64,000 nt of DNA, from assembly GCA_963779755.1 (NCBI GenBank), contig CAVZZO010000003.1, forward strand, positions 1,184,001 to 1,248,000, given 5' to 3'. Shown here piece by piece: positions 10,103 to 21,294 of the stretch. Under the pieces are notes generated by a model. It worked only from the letters and a program-made list of their open reading frames with translations, had not been told where the DNA came from and searched no databases. The translations under genes and the position numbers were made by a program. The stretch comes from an uncultured Gemmatimonadales bacterium (lineage in GTDB: Bacteria > Gemmatimonadota > Gemmatimonadetes > Gemmatimonadales > GWC2-71-9). Every line of letters starts with the position of its first letter. Positions within the stretch are counted from its first letter, which is position 1.

Positions 10103-10191
10103 CAGGGAAAAGGGGAAGCGGGAAAAGGGAACCGGTCGGCAAGGGCGCTGGAGCGTTACCCTTTGTTCCCGATTCCCCTTTCCCTCTTCCC
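10103..10191. repeat. Degenerate heptamer arrays in inverted orientation (GGGAAAA-like / TTCCCnn-like)
   Basis: Purine-rich arm followed by complementary pyrimidine-rich arm between convergent genes; right arm encodes the C-terminus of the minus-strand gene. Confidence 0.6.
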
Positions 10192-11139
10192 ACCCTCCAG
10201 CACTTCCAGCATCTCCCCCATACGATGCATGTACGTGTGCCGGCGCAGGGTGGTGCGGCGGGCGGCGGCGGCCAGGGACTCCCGTCCCGCCGCATCGGGC
10301 AGGAGTTTCTTGACCAGCGCGGGAAGGTCGCCGGGGTCGTGGTAGACCACGACCTCTTCACCGGGGCGGTAGAGCTCCGCCAGCCCGCGCCGGCGATCCA
10401 CCACCTGGGGCGCCCCCACCGCCGCGATCTCGAAGAGCCGGCGGTTGCAGGCGCCGCTGGTATCCTGCTCCCGGTGCACGTTCACAGCGACGGTCGCGCC
10501 GGACCAGACCCGGACGGCGTCCTCCGCGCTGATCAGCTCTCCCCGGCAGTACTCCCGGAGCCGGCTCTTCTTCCAGCCCGGCCCCCAGAGGCCGAAGCCG
10601 AATTCCACCAGCGGCTCCAGCACCCGCTCGCGATGCGGGGTCATGGTGCCGACAAAGGCAACGTTGGCCCGGTACGGCTCCCGGGCGCGCAGGGGACGGT
10701 GAAACGAGGGATCGGCCGCCGGGGCCAGGAAGTGCACCGGCCGGCCCAGCCGGCGGGTCTGTTCCGCGGCGATTTCCCGGTCGGCGACGAAGACGTGATC
10801 GGCGATGCGGGCGGCGTCGGGCACCAGGTTCCTGGCCGCGCCATCCTGGTAAAACCAGTGCACCCAGCGCGCCGCCCCGCCCGAGCGCAGCGGCTGCACC
10901 AGATCGGGCCGGAGCGGACTGTTGCCCACGGTAAGCACGATGTCGGGCCGAGCCGAGAGCAGCGCCCGGTCCAGCCGGGAGCCCAGGTCCTTGCGCGCCA
11001 GCCGGGCCAGCCAGCTCGCGCGCTCCAGCGGCAGGCGGGTCACGCTACAGCCCAGCCGCTCCAGCGCCCGCTGCTGCAGGGCGGGATGCGAATGCCGGGC
11101 ATGGTCGAACCGGGCGATGAGGAGGACGGAAAGGGACAA
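10156..11139 (-). CDS. CgeB-like GT-B glycosyltransferase
   Basis: AADPSFHRP, VAFVGT, NRRLFEIAAVGA, HTYMHR motifs typical of CgeB-like proteins. Confidence 0.8.
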   Translation of the reverse strand: MSLSVLLIARFDHARHSHPALQQRALERLGCSVTRLPLERASWLARLARKDLGSRLDRALLSARPDIVLTVGNSPLRPDLVQPLRSGGAARWVHWFYQDGAARNLVPDAARIADHVFVADREIAAEQTRRLGRPVHFLAPAADPSFHRPLRAREPYRANVAFVGTMTPHRERVLEPLVEFGFGLWGPGWKKSRLREYCRGELISAEDAVRVWSGATVAVNVHREQDTSGACNRRLFEIAAVGAPQVVDRRRGLAELYRPGEEVVVYHDPGDLPALVKKLLPDAAGRESLAAAARRTTLRRHTYMHRMGEMLEVLEGGKRERGIGNKG

Positions 11140-11209
11140 GGGACCAGGGACCAGGGATCAGGAATCAGGGATCAGGAATCAGGAATCAGGAATCAGGAAT
11201 CAGGAATCA
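11133..11209. repeat. Heptamer tandem array (GGGACCA grading to GGAATCA) x11
   Basis: 11 consecutive 7-bp units; same unit as the array at 7-111. Confidence 0.92.
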
Positions 11210-11222
11210 GGGTAAGCAATTG

Positions 11223-11257
11223 CGACCTTCGACCTTCGACCTTCGACCTTCGACCTT
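11223..11257. repeat. Heptamer tandem array (CGACCTT) x5
   Basis: Five perfect units. Confidence 0.95.
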
Positions 11258-11266
11258 CCGGGGATA

Positions 11267-13110
<1,844 letters not shown>

Positions 13111-13114
<4 letters not shown>

Positions 13115-14673
13115 TTCCTCGGCGTCAGCAGCGCGATAGGCAGGATCACTTCCTCCGGCGTGACGCCGCCGTGCAGGAACGCGCCGCGGTAACGGGCCTG
13201 GTATTCCCGCAGCTTGGTGGGGTAGACAAAGAACCGGTCGCCGGTGGCGAGCAGCAGCCGGGTGTTGAGGGTGCGCGCGGGCAGCCCGAAGGCCGGCAGA
13301 TCCTCGACCACCACCGCGGCCTCGCGCTCCTGGGTCCGCAGGTCCTCGCCGAACTTGTAGCGCAGGTTGCTGGTGGCGTCGCGCTTGGCGTAGATGGTCG
13401 CCGGCGTGTGGCAGTGAATCGAGCCGTGGTCGGTGGTGAGCAGCACCGGGACGTTGCGCCGCTCCGCCTCCCGCAAGGCCTGGAACAGCGCCGAGCGCTC
13501 GAACCAGGTGCGGGTGAGGCTGCGGAGCGCCGGCGTGTCGCGCGCCACCTCGTACAGCGTGGAGTTCTCGGTGCGGCCGTGGGTCAGCTGGTCGATGAAA
13601 TTGAACACCAGCGCGGTAACGCCGTCCTGGCTCAGGTGCGCCGGCAGCCGCTTGAGCAGCGCCTCGCCGTCGGCCGCCGTGAAGACCTTCTCGTAGCGCA
13701 CCGGCACCGAGCGCCCGGTCAGCTCCTCCAGCTGCTCCTTCAGCAGCTTTTCTTCATGAGCGTTGAGGCTGGTTTCGTTCTCCAGCGACCACCACTCCGG
13801 GTGCCGCGCAGCCAGCTCCACGGGAAAGAGCCCGCTGAAGATGGCGTTCCGGGCGAAGGGAGTGGCGGTGGGCAGAATGGAGAAGTAGTGCGCCGTCTCG
13901 ACATCCATCAGGCTGCTGCACAGCGGCCGCAGCACTTCCCACTGGTCCAGGCGCAGGCAGTCCACCACCACCAGCATGGCCCGCCCGTACCGGGCCAGGG
14001 TGGGCTGAAGAAACTCGGCGCCGATGTCTACCGACAGCGGCGGCCGGTCGCTGTCGCTCTCGTGCAGCCAGCCGGCATAGCGCGCCTCCACGAAGCGGGC
14101 GAAATCCTGGCGCAGGCTCTCCTGCAGGGTGCGCAACGCGTCCTGCAGCCCCGGCTCGTCCCAGGCGCCGAGCCGCACCTCCCACTCCGCCAGCTCGGCC
14201 ACCAGCTCGACCCATTCCCGCCAGGACAACTGGGAGGAGCGCAACGCCTCCAGCTCCCGGAAACGGGTGGCGAAATCGCGGGAGAGGCGCTGCTGCCGGA
14301 TCCGGTGGCCTTCCAGCAGGCGGGTGACCACGCTCAGGATCTGCCGGGGATTGACCGGCTTCACCAGATAGTCGGAGATCTCGGCCCCGATGGCGTCCTT
14401 CAGGGTATCCTGTTCCTCGCTCTTGGTGACCATCACCACCGGCATGGCATGGTCAATCGAACGGATGGCGCGGAACAGGTCCAGCCCCCGCCGTCCCGGC
14501 ATCTGCTCGTCCAGCAGCACCACGCCGTACGGCTGGCGCTGCAACAGCACCAGGGCGTCGTCGCCGTGGGCGGTCTTTTCCACGGTGAAGCCGTGCTCTT
14601 CGAGAAAGAGGATGTGCGAGGTGAGGCTTTCGACCTCATCGTCCACCCAGAGGATGCTTTTGGGACGTGGCAT
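13111..14673 (-). CDS. Response regulator with PglZ/alkaline-phosphatase-like domain (PorX-like)
   Basis: Receiver WVDDE...LLDEQMPG...YLVKP, then VVDCLRLDQW, SILPTATPFARNAIF, TTDHG, FLHGG. Confidence 0.85.
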
Positions 14674-14710
14674 GGCCGAAAGGTAGCCGGAGGAAGGTGC
14701 CGGTTCTAGA

Positions 14711-14798
14711 GACGGGGAAACGGGAAACGGGAACGGGAACGGATATCGGCCCGGACGCGGCGCGCGTCCGTTTCCCTGTTCCCGCTTCCCCGGTTCCC
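14711..14798. repeat. Inverted pair of 6/7-mer arrays (GGGAAAC / GTTCCC-like)
   Basis: GGGAAACGGGAAACGGGAACGGGAACGG ... CCGTTTCCCTGTTCCCGCTTCCCCGGTTCCC between divergent genes. Confidence 0.7.
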
Positions 14799-14812
14799 AG
14801 TACATTAGCCCC

Positions 14813-15835
14813 GTGCCCAACGCTGCCCCCTCGCCCCGCATCCTCCTCGTCCGCTTCAGCTCGATCGGCGACATCCTGCTCACCACCCCGCTGGTGCGGG
14901 CGCTGCGGGAGCGGTATCCGCCGGCGGAGATCACCTATCTCACCAAGGCGGCATTCGCCCCGCTGGTGCGGGACAATCCCCGGATCACCCGGGTCCTCAC
15001 GCTCGAGCCGGGCGCCCGGCTCCGCCCGCTGGCCGCAGAGCTGCGTGCGCTGCGGTGCACCCACCTGCTGGATCTCCACGGCAGCACCCGCAGCCGCGCC
15101 CTCCGGCTCCTGGTGCCCGGCCGGTGGCGCGGGTACCGCCACCACCGGGTGGCCCGGGAGATGCTGATCCGCTTCAAGCGCGACATCTACCCGCGGCAGC
15201 TGCCGGTGGCCGAACGCTACTTCGATGCCGCGGCGGGGCTGGATGTCCACCCCGACGGCCGCCCGCCGGAGTTGTACTGCGCCCCCGGCGTGGACGCAGC
15301 GGTGGGAGAGTGGCTGGAAGCCCGGAGACTGGCGGAAGGCCCCCTGCTGGTTTTCGCGCCCGGCGCGGCTCACGCCACCAAACAGTGGCCCGCAGCATCC
15401 TGGCGGACGCTCACCGCGTCGGTCCTCACGCAGGGGTGGAGGGTGGTCTTCGCCGGCGGCCCCGGGGACGCGACCCTCTGCCGCGAGCTGGCCGCCGCGG
15501 GAGGCCCCGCCACGGCCAGCGCGGCGGGCGAGTTCTCCCTGCAGCAGACCGGCGCGCTCCTGGCACGGGCACGCGCGCTGGTCTCGGGCGACACGGGAGT
15601 CATGCACCTGGGGACGGCGGTGGGCACGCCGGTGGTGGCGCTCTTCGGGCCGACGGTGCGGCAATTCGGCTTCTTCCCCTATACCCGTGCCGCGACGGTG
15701 CTGGACCTGCCGCTCGATTGCCGCCCCTGCACCGCCTGGGGTACCGAACGCTGCCCCCTGGGCCATCATCGCTGCCTGCGCGACCTGCTCCCGGCGGATG
15801 TGCTGGGCGCACTCCCCGACCCCGCTCATGGTTGA
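14813..15835 (+). CDS. LPS heptosyltransferase (GT9, WaaF-like)
   Basis: RFSSIGDILLTTP, APGAAHATKQWP, SGDTGVMHLGTAVGTPVVALFGPT. Confidence 0.9.
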   Translation: MPNAAPSPRILLVRFSSIGDILLTTPLVRALRERYPPAEITYLTKAAFAPLVRDNPRITRVLTLEPGARLRPLAAELRALRCTHLLDLHGSTRSRALRLLVPGRWRGYRHHRVAREMLIRFKRDIYPRQLPVAERYFDAAAGLDVHPDGRPPELYCAPGVDAAVGEWLEARRLAEGPLLVFAPGAAHATKQWPAASWRTLTASVLTQGWRVVFAGGPGDATLCRELAAAGGPATASAAGEFSLQQTGALLARARALVSGDTGVMHLGTAVGTPVVALFGPTVRQFGFFPYTRAATVLDLPLDCRPCTAWGTERCPLGHHRCLRDLLPADVLGALPDPAHG

Positions 15836-16223
15836 CGGCGACGGCAGCGAACTGACCCTGCTGCGGCTGCTGTCCGAAGCGGTGCGCGGCCCCCGGCGCG
15901 AAGGCCTCTACGCGATCTGGCTCACCGTGCGCGCGGCCCGCGACCTGACGCTGGATCCTCCCCTGCCGCCCGCCGCGCTGGATCGCCGGCTGGCGGCGCT
16001 GCAGCACCGTCTGGCCACGCTCACCCTTTCCTCCGCCCTGCGCCGCTGCCTGCCGGCCGCCCTGGCCCAGCTGAAATCCGCCGACCGGACCGCCGCCGCA
16101 CTGGCGTTGAGCCAGCTGGTGGCACCGGTGCGCGAAACGCTCGGCGGCGAAGCGGCCGATGCGGTACAGCAGGCGGCGAAGGGGGCGCGTCGAACGGGCG
16201 GGGGGACAACCCGGTCGTCCTAG
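15828..16223 (+). CDS. Hypothetical helical protein
   Basis: ATG overlapping upstream gene end, host-like codon usage, 131 aa. Confidence 0.7.
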   Translation: MVDGDGSELTLLRLLSEAVRGPRREGLYAIWLTVRAARDLTLDPPLPPAALDRRLAALQHRLATLTLSSALRRCLPAALAQLKSADRTAAALALSQLVAPVRETLGGEAADAVQQAAKGARRTGGGTTRSS

Positions 16224-16257
16224 CTTTCTCGATCACTACAGGGGCCGAGAATACGAA

Positions 16258-16287
16258 GAGGGAAAGGGACGGGGGTCCCTTTCCCTC
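16258..16287. terminator. 13-bp perfect hairpin, probable terminator
   Basis: GAGGGAAAGGGAC-GGGG-GTCCCTTTCCCTC; weak U-rich tail (TTCGTATTCT) on the minus strand. Confidence 0.6.
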
Positions 16288-16309
16288 CTCAGCCGGCGCG
16301 GCGCCCGCC

Positions 16310-16390
16310 TTACGTCGAGTAGGGGTTTGTGGCCAGTGCAGCTGCCACCGCGCGTAAAACGACGAGCGTCCGACGTCCTGTGTTGCCCAT
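16310..16390 (-). CDS. Candidate 26-aa small ORF (MGNTGRRTLVVLRAVAAALATNPYST)
   Basis: ATG with G-rich upstream run, lies between a sigma54-like promoter and a hairpin; could instead be non-coding. Confidence 0.3.
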   Translation of the reverse strand: MGNTGRRTLVVLRAVAAALATNPYST

Positions 16391-16437
16391 CCCCCCACCG
16401 GGAGGAGTCAGTTCCCGTCGGGTACCATCCAGGAAGG

Positions 16438-16452
16438 GCAAGAGCGGGGCCA
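16438..16452 (-). promoter_or_regulatory. Sigma54 (-24/-12) promoter
   Basis: Minus strand TGGCCCCGCTCTTGC = TGGC-N7-TTGC (GG-N10-GC). Confidence 0.6.
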
Positions 16453-16615
16453 CTCCGGGCTCTGGCCCTGCGCAACAGTTTGACACCCCTGCCCGAGCCG
16501 TTCCCCTGCTTACACTTGCACCCTGCCGGCCCCAAACGCGCTGCACCAAAACTCGACAACGAGCCGCGCGGCGCCCGGATATCCCCGGCCGTTCCCGACC
16601 CGCTATTTTGCAAAC

Positions 16616-17485
16616 ATGCCGTCCAGCGGTGGGCGCCGCCCATCTTCCGATTCCGCCGAAGCGATCGTCAGCCGGGTAGATGCCGCCCGAAGCGGCGCAA
16701 CCCCGACCGATACCGTCCCGTCCGGCTATCCGTCGCTCGATCGCGTGCTGGGGGGAGGATTCCGCCGCCAGGACCTGGTCATCCTGGCCGGCGACACCGG
16801 ATCGGGGAAGAGCGCGCTGGCGCTGGGCATCGCCATCCGGAGCGCACTGGCGGGAATGCCGGCAGTGTACTGCTCGGGCGAGATGACCGAAGAGCGCCTG
16901 ATGGAACGGGCCCTCGCCATGGAAGGACGCGCGCCGGTCGATGATCTCCGCAGCGGCCGCCTGGCCGATGCCACCCGCGCGGCACTCGGAGCCGCCGCGG
17001 TGCGGCTGCGGGATCTGCCGCTCATCTTCCGCCGGCTGTCCGGGGGGAGCTTCGAGGAGGTGGCCGCCTGCGCCGAAATCATCCCGCGCCGAGCGCTGGT
17101 GGTGGTCGATCCGCTGCAGATGGTGGAACCGCCTTCGCCGGGAGCCACGCTGGAGGAATCCGAGGCGCTGGCGATTCGCGCGCTCAAGGCGATGGCGCTG
17201 GAGCGCAACCTCACCGTCCTGGCGCTCTCCCGGCTGCAGCATTTTACCCGCCGGGAAGACCCCCGTCCCACCCTGGACGACCTCGGGGCTGCCGGGGCGG
17301 CCCGGCAACATGCGGATATCGTGCTGGCGCTCTATCGGGAGGAGATGTACCAGCCGGGCACGGGAGTGGAAGGGGCGACCGAGCTACTGCTGGCCAAGAA
17401 CCGGAACGGCCCCGGCGGGTTCGTGGATCTCTACTTCTACCGCCGCTGGCTCCGCTTCGAGGACATGCTCGACCCGGACCACTGA
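16616..17485 (+). CDS. DnaB-like helicase, C-terminal ATPase domain only
   Basis: SGYPSLDRVLGGG, GDTGSGKS, SGEM, VDPLQ, LKAMALE, RPTLDDL, ADIVLALYRE, AKNRNGP; only 289 aa. Confidence 0.85.
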   Translation: MPSSGGRRPSSDSAEAIVSRVDAARSGATPTDTVPSGYPSLDRVLGGGFRRQDLVILAGDTGSGKSALALGIAIRSALAGMPAVYCSGEMTEERLMERALAMEGRAPVDDLRSGRLADATRAALGAAAVRLRDLPLIFRRLSGGSFEEVAACAEIIPRRALVVVDPLQMVEPPSPGATLEESEALAIRALKAMALERNLTVLALSRLQHFTRREDPRPTLDDLGAAGAARQHADIVLALYREEMYQPGTGVEGATELLLAKNRNGPGGFVDLYFYRRWLRFEDMLDPDH

Positions 17486-17489
17486 GCGG

Positions 17490-17957
17490 TCAGCGCGCCG
17501 CGGCCGAGTCTCTGTTCCGGGCGGCGGAGTCGGGGTGGGCGGCGCTGTCGGGTGCCGGCGCCAGGGTATCGCTCTTCGAGCGCGCCCCGGCGAGTGTGAC
17601 ATAGCTGCCCCGCCCCAGGCTGTCGGGCCGGATGGTCACCCAGAGCGGCGGCCCGTTCCGCTCGGCATACAGCGCCACGGTGCCGTCGGACATCCTGGTG
17701 TCGTTCACCAGCGTCCAGGGGCCCCGGCTCAGCGTCTGGCGGTAGTAGTTGGCCACCCGGTCCTGATTCCATCCGCTGATAAAGGTGAACTGCAGCGCCT
17801 CTTCGCCTCCTTCACGCGAGACGATCGCCGCGTTGGGCGGCAGCGGCAGGTTGGGCAGCACCTGGTTGAGTTCGGGCGGGTGCGGCTTGTCTTTGCCGCA
17901 GGCTGCGGCGGCCGTGGCGAGGGCGGCTAAGAGTATGACCGTTGGGCGGATACGCAT
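17490..17957 (-). CDS. Hypothetical lipoprotein
   Basis: Signal peptide MRIRPTVILLAALATAAAA-C with lipobox Cys. Confidence 0.75.
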   Translation of the reverse strand: MRIRPTVILLAALATAAAACGKDKPHPPELNQVLPNLPLPPNAAIVSREGGEEALQFTFISGWNQDRVANYYRQTLSRGPWTLVNDTRMSDGTVALYAERNGPPLWVTIRPDSLGRGSYVTLAGARSKSDTLAPAPDSAAHPDSAARNRDSAAAR

Positions 17958-17966
17958 AAGGGCTGG

Positions 17967-17995
17967 AGAGTAGCGCGCGGGGCGGGGGTGGTCAA
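17967..17995 (-). promoter_or_regulatory. Sigma70-type promoter of the lipoprotein gene
   Basis: TTGACC-N17-TACTCT on minus strand, 9 nt before ATG. Confidence 0.55.
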
Positions 17996-18050
17996 TGGGG
18001 CGACAGCAGCGAAAACGGCGGGATGAGCGGTGGCAGACGCCCGGATCGCG

Positions 18051-18079
18051 TTGCCTGCCCTCTCCCCGGGGGCTAATTT
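18051..18079 (+). promoter_or_regulatory. Sigma70-type promoter of the yebC-ruv operon
   Basis: TTGCCT-N17-TAATTT upstream of AAGGAG RBS. Confidence 0.5.
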
Positions 18080-18115
18080 CAGCCAGGTGGTACCGCAGAA
18101 CCAAGGAGCGTTGTC

Positions 18116-18865
18116 ATGGCCGGCCACAGCAAATGGAAACAGATCAAGCGCAAGAAGGCGGTGACCGACCAGCGGCGCGCGGCGTCCTGGACCAAAGTCA
18201 TCCGGGAGATCACCATCGCGGCGCGGGCCGGCGGCGGCGATCCCGCGGGCAACCCGCGGCTGCGCCTGGCCATCGACGGGGCCAAGGCCGTCAACATGCC
18301 CAACGACAACATCGAGCGCGCCGTCAAGAAGGGCACCGGCGAACTCGAGGGCGCCACGCTGGAAGAGATCACCTATGAGGGCTACGGCCCCGGCGGCGCG
18401 GCGCTGTTCATCGAGGCCACCACCGACAACGCCAATCGCACCGTCGCCGACATCCGCCATGCGTTCAGCCGGAACGGGGGCAATCTCGGCGCCAGCAATT
18501 CCGTGGCCTGGATGTTCGAGCGCAAGGGGCAGATCTACCTGGACGCCTCCCGCTACAGCGAAGAGGCCGCGCTGGAGGCCGCGCTCGAGGCCGGCGCGGA
18601 AGACTTTACCGTGGACGGCGAGCAGTACCTGATCTCCACCGCACCCACCAGCCTGCACGCGGTGCTCGACGGGCTGGCGGCCAGGGGTATCGAACCCGAG
18701 TCGTCGGAACTGGCCATGGTGCCGATGAACACGGTGAAGGTGGAGGGCAAGGACGCCGAGCGCATGCTCAAGCTGGTGGAGGTGCTGGAAGAGCTGGAGG
18801 ACGTCGCCAAGGTATTCTCCAACTTCGACATCGACGCATCGGAACTGGCCGAGGCTTCTTCCTGA
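18116..18865 (+). CDS. yebC: YebC/PmpR family protein
   Basis: MAGHSKWKQIKRKK, YEGYGPGG, TDNANRT. Confidence 0.95.
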   Translation: MAGHSKWKQIKRKKAVTDQRRAASWTKVIREITIAARAGGGDPAGNPRLRLAIDGAKAVNMPNDNIERAVKKGTGELEGATLEEITYEGYGPGGAALFIEATTDNANRTVADIRHAFSRNGGNLGASNSVAWMFERKGQIYLDASRYSEEAALEAALEAGAEDFTVDGEQYLISTAPTSLHAVLDGLAARGIEPESSELAMVPMNTVKVEGKDAERMLKLVEVLEELEDVAKVFSNFDIDASELAEASS

Positions 18866-18878
18866 GGATCACGCCACA

Positions 18879-19385
18879 ATGAAAGTGCTGGGCGTGGACC
18901 CCGGCACCGCCATCCTGGGCTACGGCCTGGTGGAGGCCAGCCGGGGACCGGCCCGGCTGCTGGAGTGCGGCGTGCTCCGCACCAGCCCGCGGCAATCGCT
19001 GGCCTGCCGCCTGGCGGAGATCCACGCCGGCCTGGCGGAACTCATCGCCCGGCACCGGCCCGACGTGCTCTCGGTCGAAAGCGTCTTCTACGCCCGGAAT
19101 GTGCGCACCACCGTCTCGCTGGCGCACGCCCGCGGCGTCATCCTCCTCTGCGGCGAGCAGGCCGGCCTCAGCATCGCCGAGTACTCGCCCGCGGTGGTGA
19201 AGAAGACCGTGGTCGGCCGCGGGGCGGCGCTCAAGCCCCAGGTGGGCTACATGGTCGCCCGCCTGCTGCACCTGCAGGCGCCCCCCTCGCCGGCCGACGC
19301 CGCCGACGGCGTGGCCCTGGCCCTGACCCATATCCTGCGGCAGGGCCCCGCGGCGCTGCGGCAGGTGGCGGCCACGGCCCGATGA
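18879..19385 (+). CDS. ruvC: Holliday junction resolvase RuvC
   Basis: LGVDPGT, ESVFY, HARG, ADAADGVALAL. Confidence 0.95.
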   Translation: MKVLGVDPGTAILGYGLVEASRGPARLLECGVLRTSPRQSLACRLAEIHAGLAELIARHRPDVLSVESVFYARNVRTTVSLAHARGVILLCGEQAGLSIAEYSPAVVKKTVVGRGAALKPQVGYMVARLLHLQAPPSPADAADGVALALTHILRQGPAALRQVAATAR

Positions 19386-19984
19386 TCGCGACGGTCAGCG
19401 GCACCCTCACCGAGCGCGAGGGCGACATGGTAGTGGTGGAGACGGCCGGCGGCGTGGGCTACGCCGTCACGGTGCCGCTGGGAGTCTTCCAGCGGCTGCC
19501 GGCGCCCGGCAGCAAGGTCCGGCTCTACACCGAGCTGGTGGTGCGGGAAGACGGCTGGCTCCTCTTCGGCTTCGATCAGGCCTCGGAGCGCACCGTCTTC
19601 CAGCGGCTGCTGCTGGCCGGCGGCTTTGGGCCGCGGCTCGCCCTCGCCATGCTGTCCACGCTGGGGCCGGCGCGGGTGGTCGCCAGCATCCGCAACAAGG
19701 ACGTCGCCGCGCTGGCCACGGTGAGCGGGATCGGCCGCAAGAAAGCCGAGCGGCTGATCCTCGAGCTGTCGGACCGGTTCGGCGATCTGCCGGCGACGCC
19801 GGGCCCCAGCGGCCGGCCCCGCGTGGCGGAGGAAGCGGCACAGGCGCTGACCGCGCTGGGCTACCCGCCCGCCGCGGCGGAAGAAGCGGTGCGCAGCGTG
19901 CTGGACGGGCAGGCCGGCGCCGAGACGGCGCAGGTGGTGCGCCGCGCGCTGCAGTGGATCACGACTTCCCAGAAAGGGACCTGA
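19382..19984 (+). CDS. ruvA: Holliday junction branch migration protein RuvA
   Basis: MIATVSGTL, GGVGYAV, VVREDGWLLFGF, SGIGRKKAERLILEL. Confidence 0.95.
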   Translation: MIATVSGTLTEREGDMVVVETAGGVGYAVTVPLGVFQRLPAPGSKVRLYTELVVREDGWLLFGFDQASERTVFQRLLLAGGFGPRLALAMLSTLGPARVVASIRNKDVAALATVSGIGRKKAERLILELSDRFGDLPATPGPSGRPRVAEEAAQALTALGYPPAAAEEAVRSVLDGQAGAETAQVVRRALQWITTSQKGT

Positions 19985-19987
19985 AGC

Positions 19988-20161
19988 ATGCCCCTCGTTG
20001 CCCAGACGGCCGAATGGGTGTGTACCCGCTGCGGCACCACCAATCGCAAACTGGTGCCGGAGGACGTCGACCAGTTCGAGGACCGCTGCGTGTCCTGCAA
20101 GACGCCCCACGTGGTGCACCAGGGGCCGAGGCCGGTGCGGTGGGAGGCCAGAAGTGCCTGA
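19988..20161 (+). CDS. 57-aa Cys4 zinc-ribbon microprotein (below ORF-track cut-off)
   Basis: MPLVAQTAEWVCTRCGTTNRKLVPEDVDQFEDRCVSCKTPHVVHQGPRPVRWEARSA; ATG 3 nt after ruvA stop, AAAGGGA upstream, host-like third-position GC. Confidence 0.8.
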   Translation: MPLVAQTAEWVCTRCGTTNRKLVPEDVDQFEDRCVSCKTPHVVHQGPRPVRWEARSA

Positions 20162-20210
20162 GGCGGGGCGGTCCGGCGGGCCGGCGGTCGGGTCGCCCAG
20201 CTCGGTGCAG

Positions 20211-20251
20211 GCCTGCCCGACCGCCCGCCCGCCTGCCCGCCTGCCCGCCCC
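20211..20251. repeat. Octamer-like array (GCCTGCCC/GCCCGCCC)
   Basis: Repeated units immediately before the ruvB ATG. Confidence 0.6.
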
Positions 20252-21286
20252 ATGACCCGCGTCCAGGTCACCACCCCCGACGTCCTGCCCGAAGAGACCG
20301 GCGCCGAAGCGGCGCTGCGTCCCTCGCGGCTGGACGAGTTCGTGGGCCAGGAGCAGGTGAAGACCTCGCTCCAGATCGCCATCGATGCGGCCCGGGCCCG
20401 GGGCGAGACGCTGGACCACCTGCTCTTCTTCGGGCCGCCGGGCCTGGGCAAGACCACGCTGGCCATGCTGATCGCCCGCGAGATGGGCGTGCAGATCCGG
20501 ACCACCTCGGGCCCGGTGCTGGAAAAGCCGGGCGACCTGGTGGGCCTGCTGACCACGCTCTCCCCCGGCGACGTGCTCTTCATCGACGAGATCCACCGCC
20601 TGCGCCCGGTGCTGGAGGAGTTCCTCTATCCCGCCATGGAAGACTTCCGCGTGGACGTGCGCATCGCCGACGGGCCGCGGGCCCAGACCATCCCGATGAC
20701 GATCGAGCGCTTCACGCTGGTCGGTGCCACCACCCGGTTCGGCCTGCTCACGCCGCCCATGCGGGCGCGGTTCGGGCTGGTGGAGCGGCTGCATTTCTAT
20801 CCCGCCTCCGACCTGGAGACGATCGTCACCCGCTCGGCGCAGATCCTGGAGGTGCCGATGGAGCCGGAGGGCGCGGCGGAAATCGCGCGCCGCAGCCGCG
20901 GCACCCCCCGGGTGGCCAACCGGCTGCTCCGGCGGGTGCGCGATTACGCCCAGGTCCGCGCCGGCGGTACCATCACCGGCCAGGTGGCACGCGATGCGCT
21001 GGCGCGGCTCAACGTGGACGAGTTCGGGCTGGACGACATGGACGCGCGCATCCTGCGGACCATCATCGAGAAGTTCAACGGCGGGCCGGTGGGGCTCAAT
21101 ACCATCGCCGTGGCGGTGGGCGAAGACAGCGGCACCCTGGAGGAAGTCTACGAGCCCTATCTCATTCAGCAGGGATTCCTCGAACGCACCCCCCGTGGCC
21201 GCTGCGCCACCGCCAACGCCTACCGCCGTTTCGGTTTCACCCCGCCCTCGGGAAGCCAGGCCGGGCTCTTCGAAGGGCCCGGATAG
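20252..21286 (+). CDS. ruvB: Holliday junction branch migration ATPase RuvB
   Basis: [41 protein letters not shown]. Confidence 0.97.
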   Translation: MTRVQVTTPDVLPEETGAEAALRPSRLDEFVGQEQVKTSLQIAIDAARARGETLDHLLFFGPPGLGKTTLAMLIAREMGVQIRTTSGPVLEKPGDLVGLLTTLSPGDVLFIDEIHRLRPVLEEFLYPAMEDFRVDVRIADGPRAQTIPMTIERFTLVGATTRFGLLTPPMRARFGLVERLHFYPASDLETIVTRSAQILEVPMEPEGAAEIARRSRGTPRVANRLLRRVRDYAQVRAGGTITGQVARDALARLNVDEFGLDDMDARILRTIIEKFNGGPVGLNTIAVAVGEDSGTLEEVYEPYLIQQGFLERTPRGRCATANAYRRFGFTPPSGSQAGLFEGPG

Positions 21287-21294
21287 GAGGAATG

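Noticed and set aside
16480..16516. TTGACA...TACACT as a sigma70 promoter for the DnaB-like gene
   Set aside because: Spacer is 25 nt; TTGACA fits better as half of a 6-5-6 site, and the gene has its own TATTTT-N6-ATG.
16236..16600. tmRNA, RNase P, SRP or 6S RNA in the long spacer
   Set aside because: No recognisable conserved motifs of these RNAs were found by eye.
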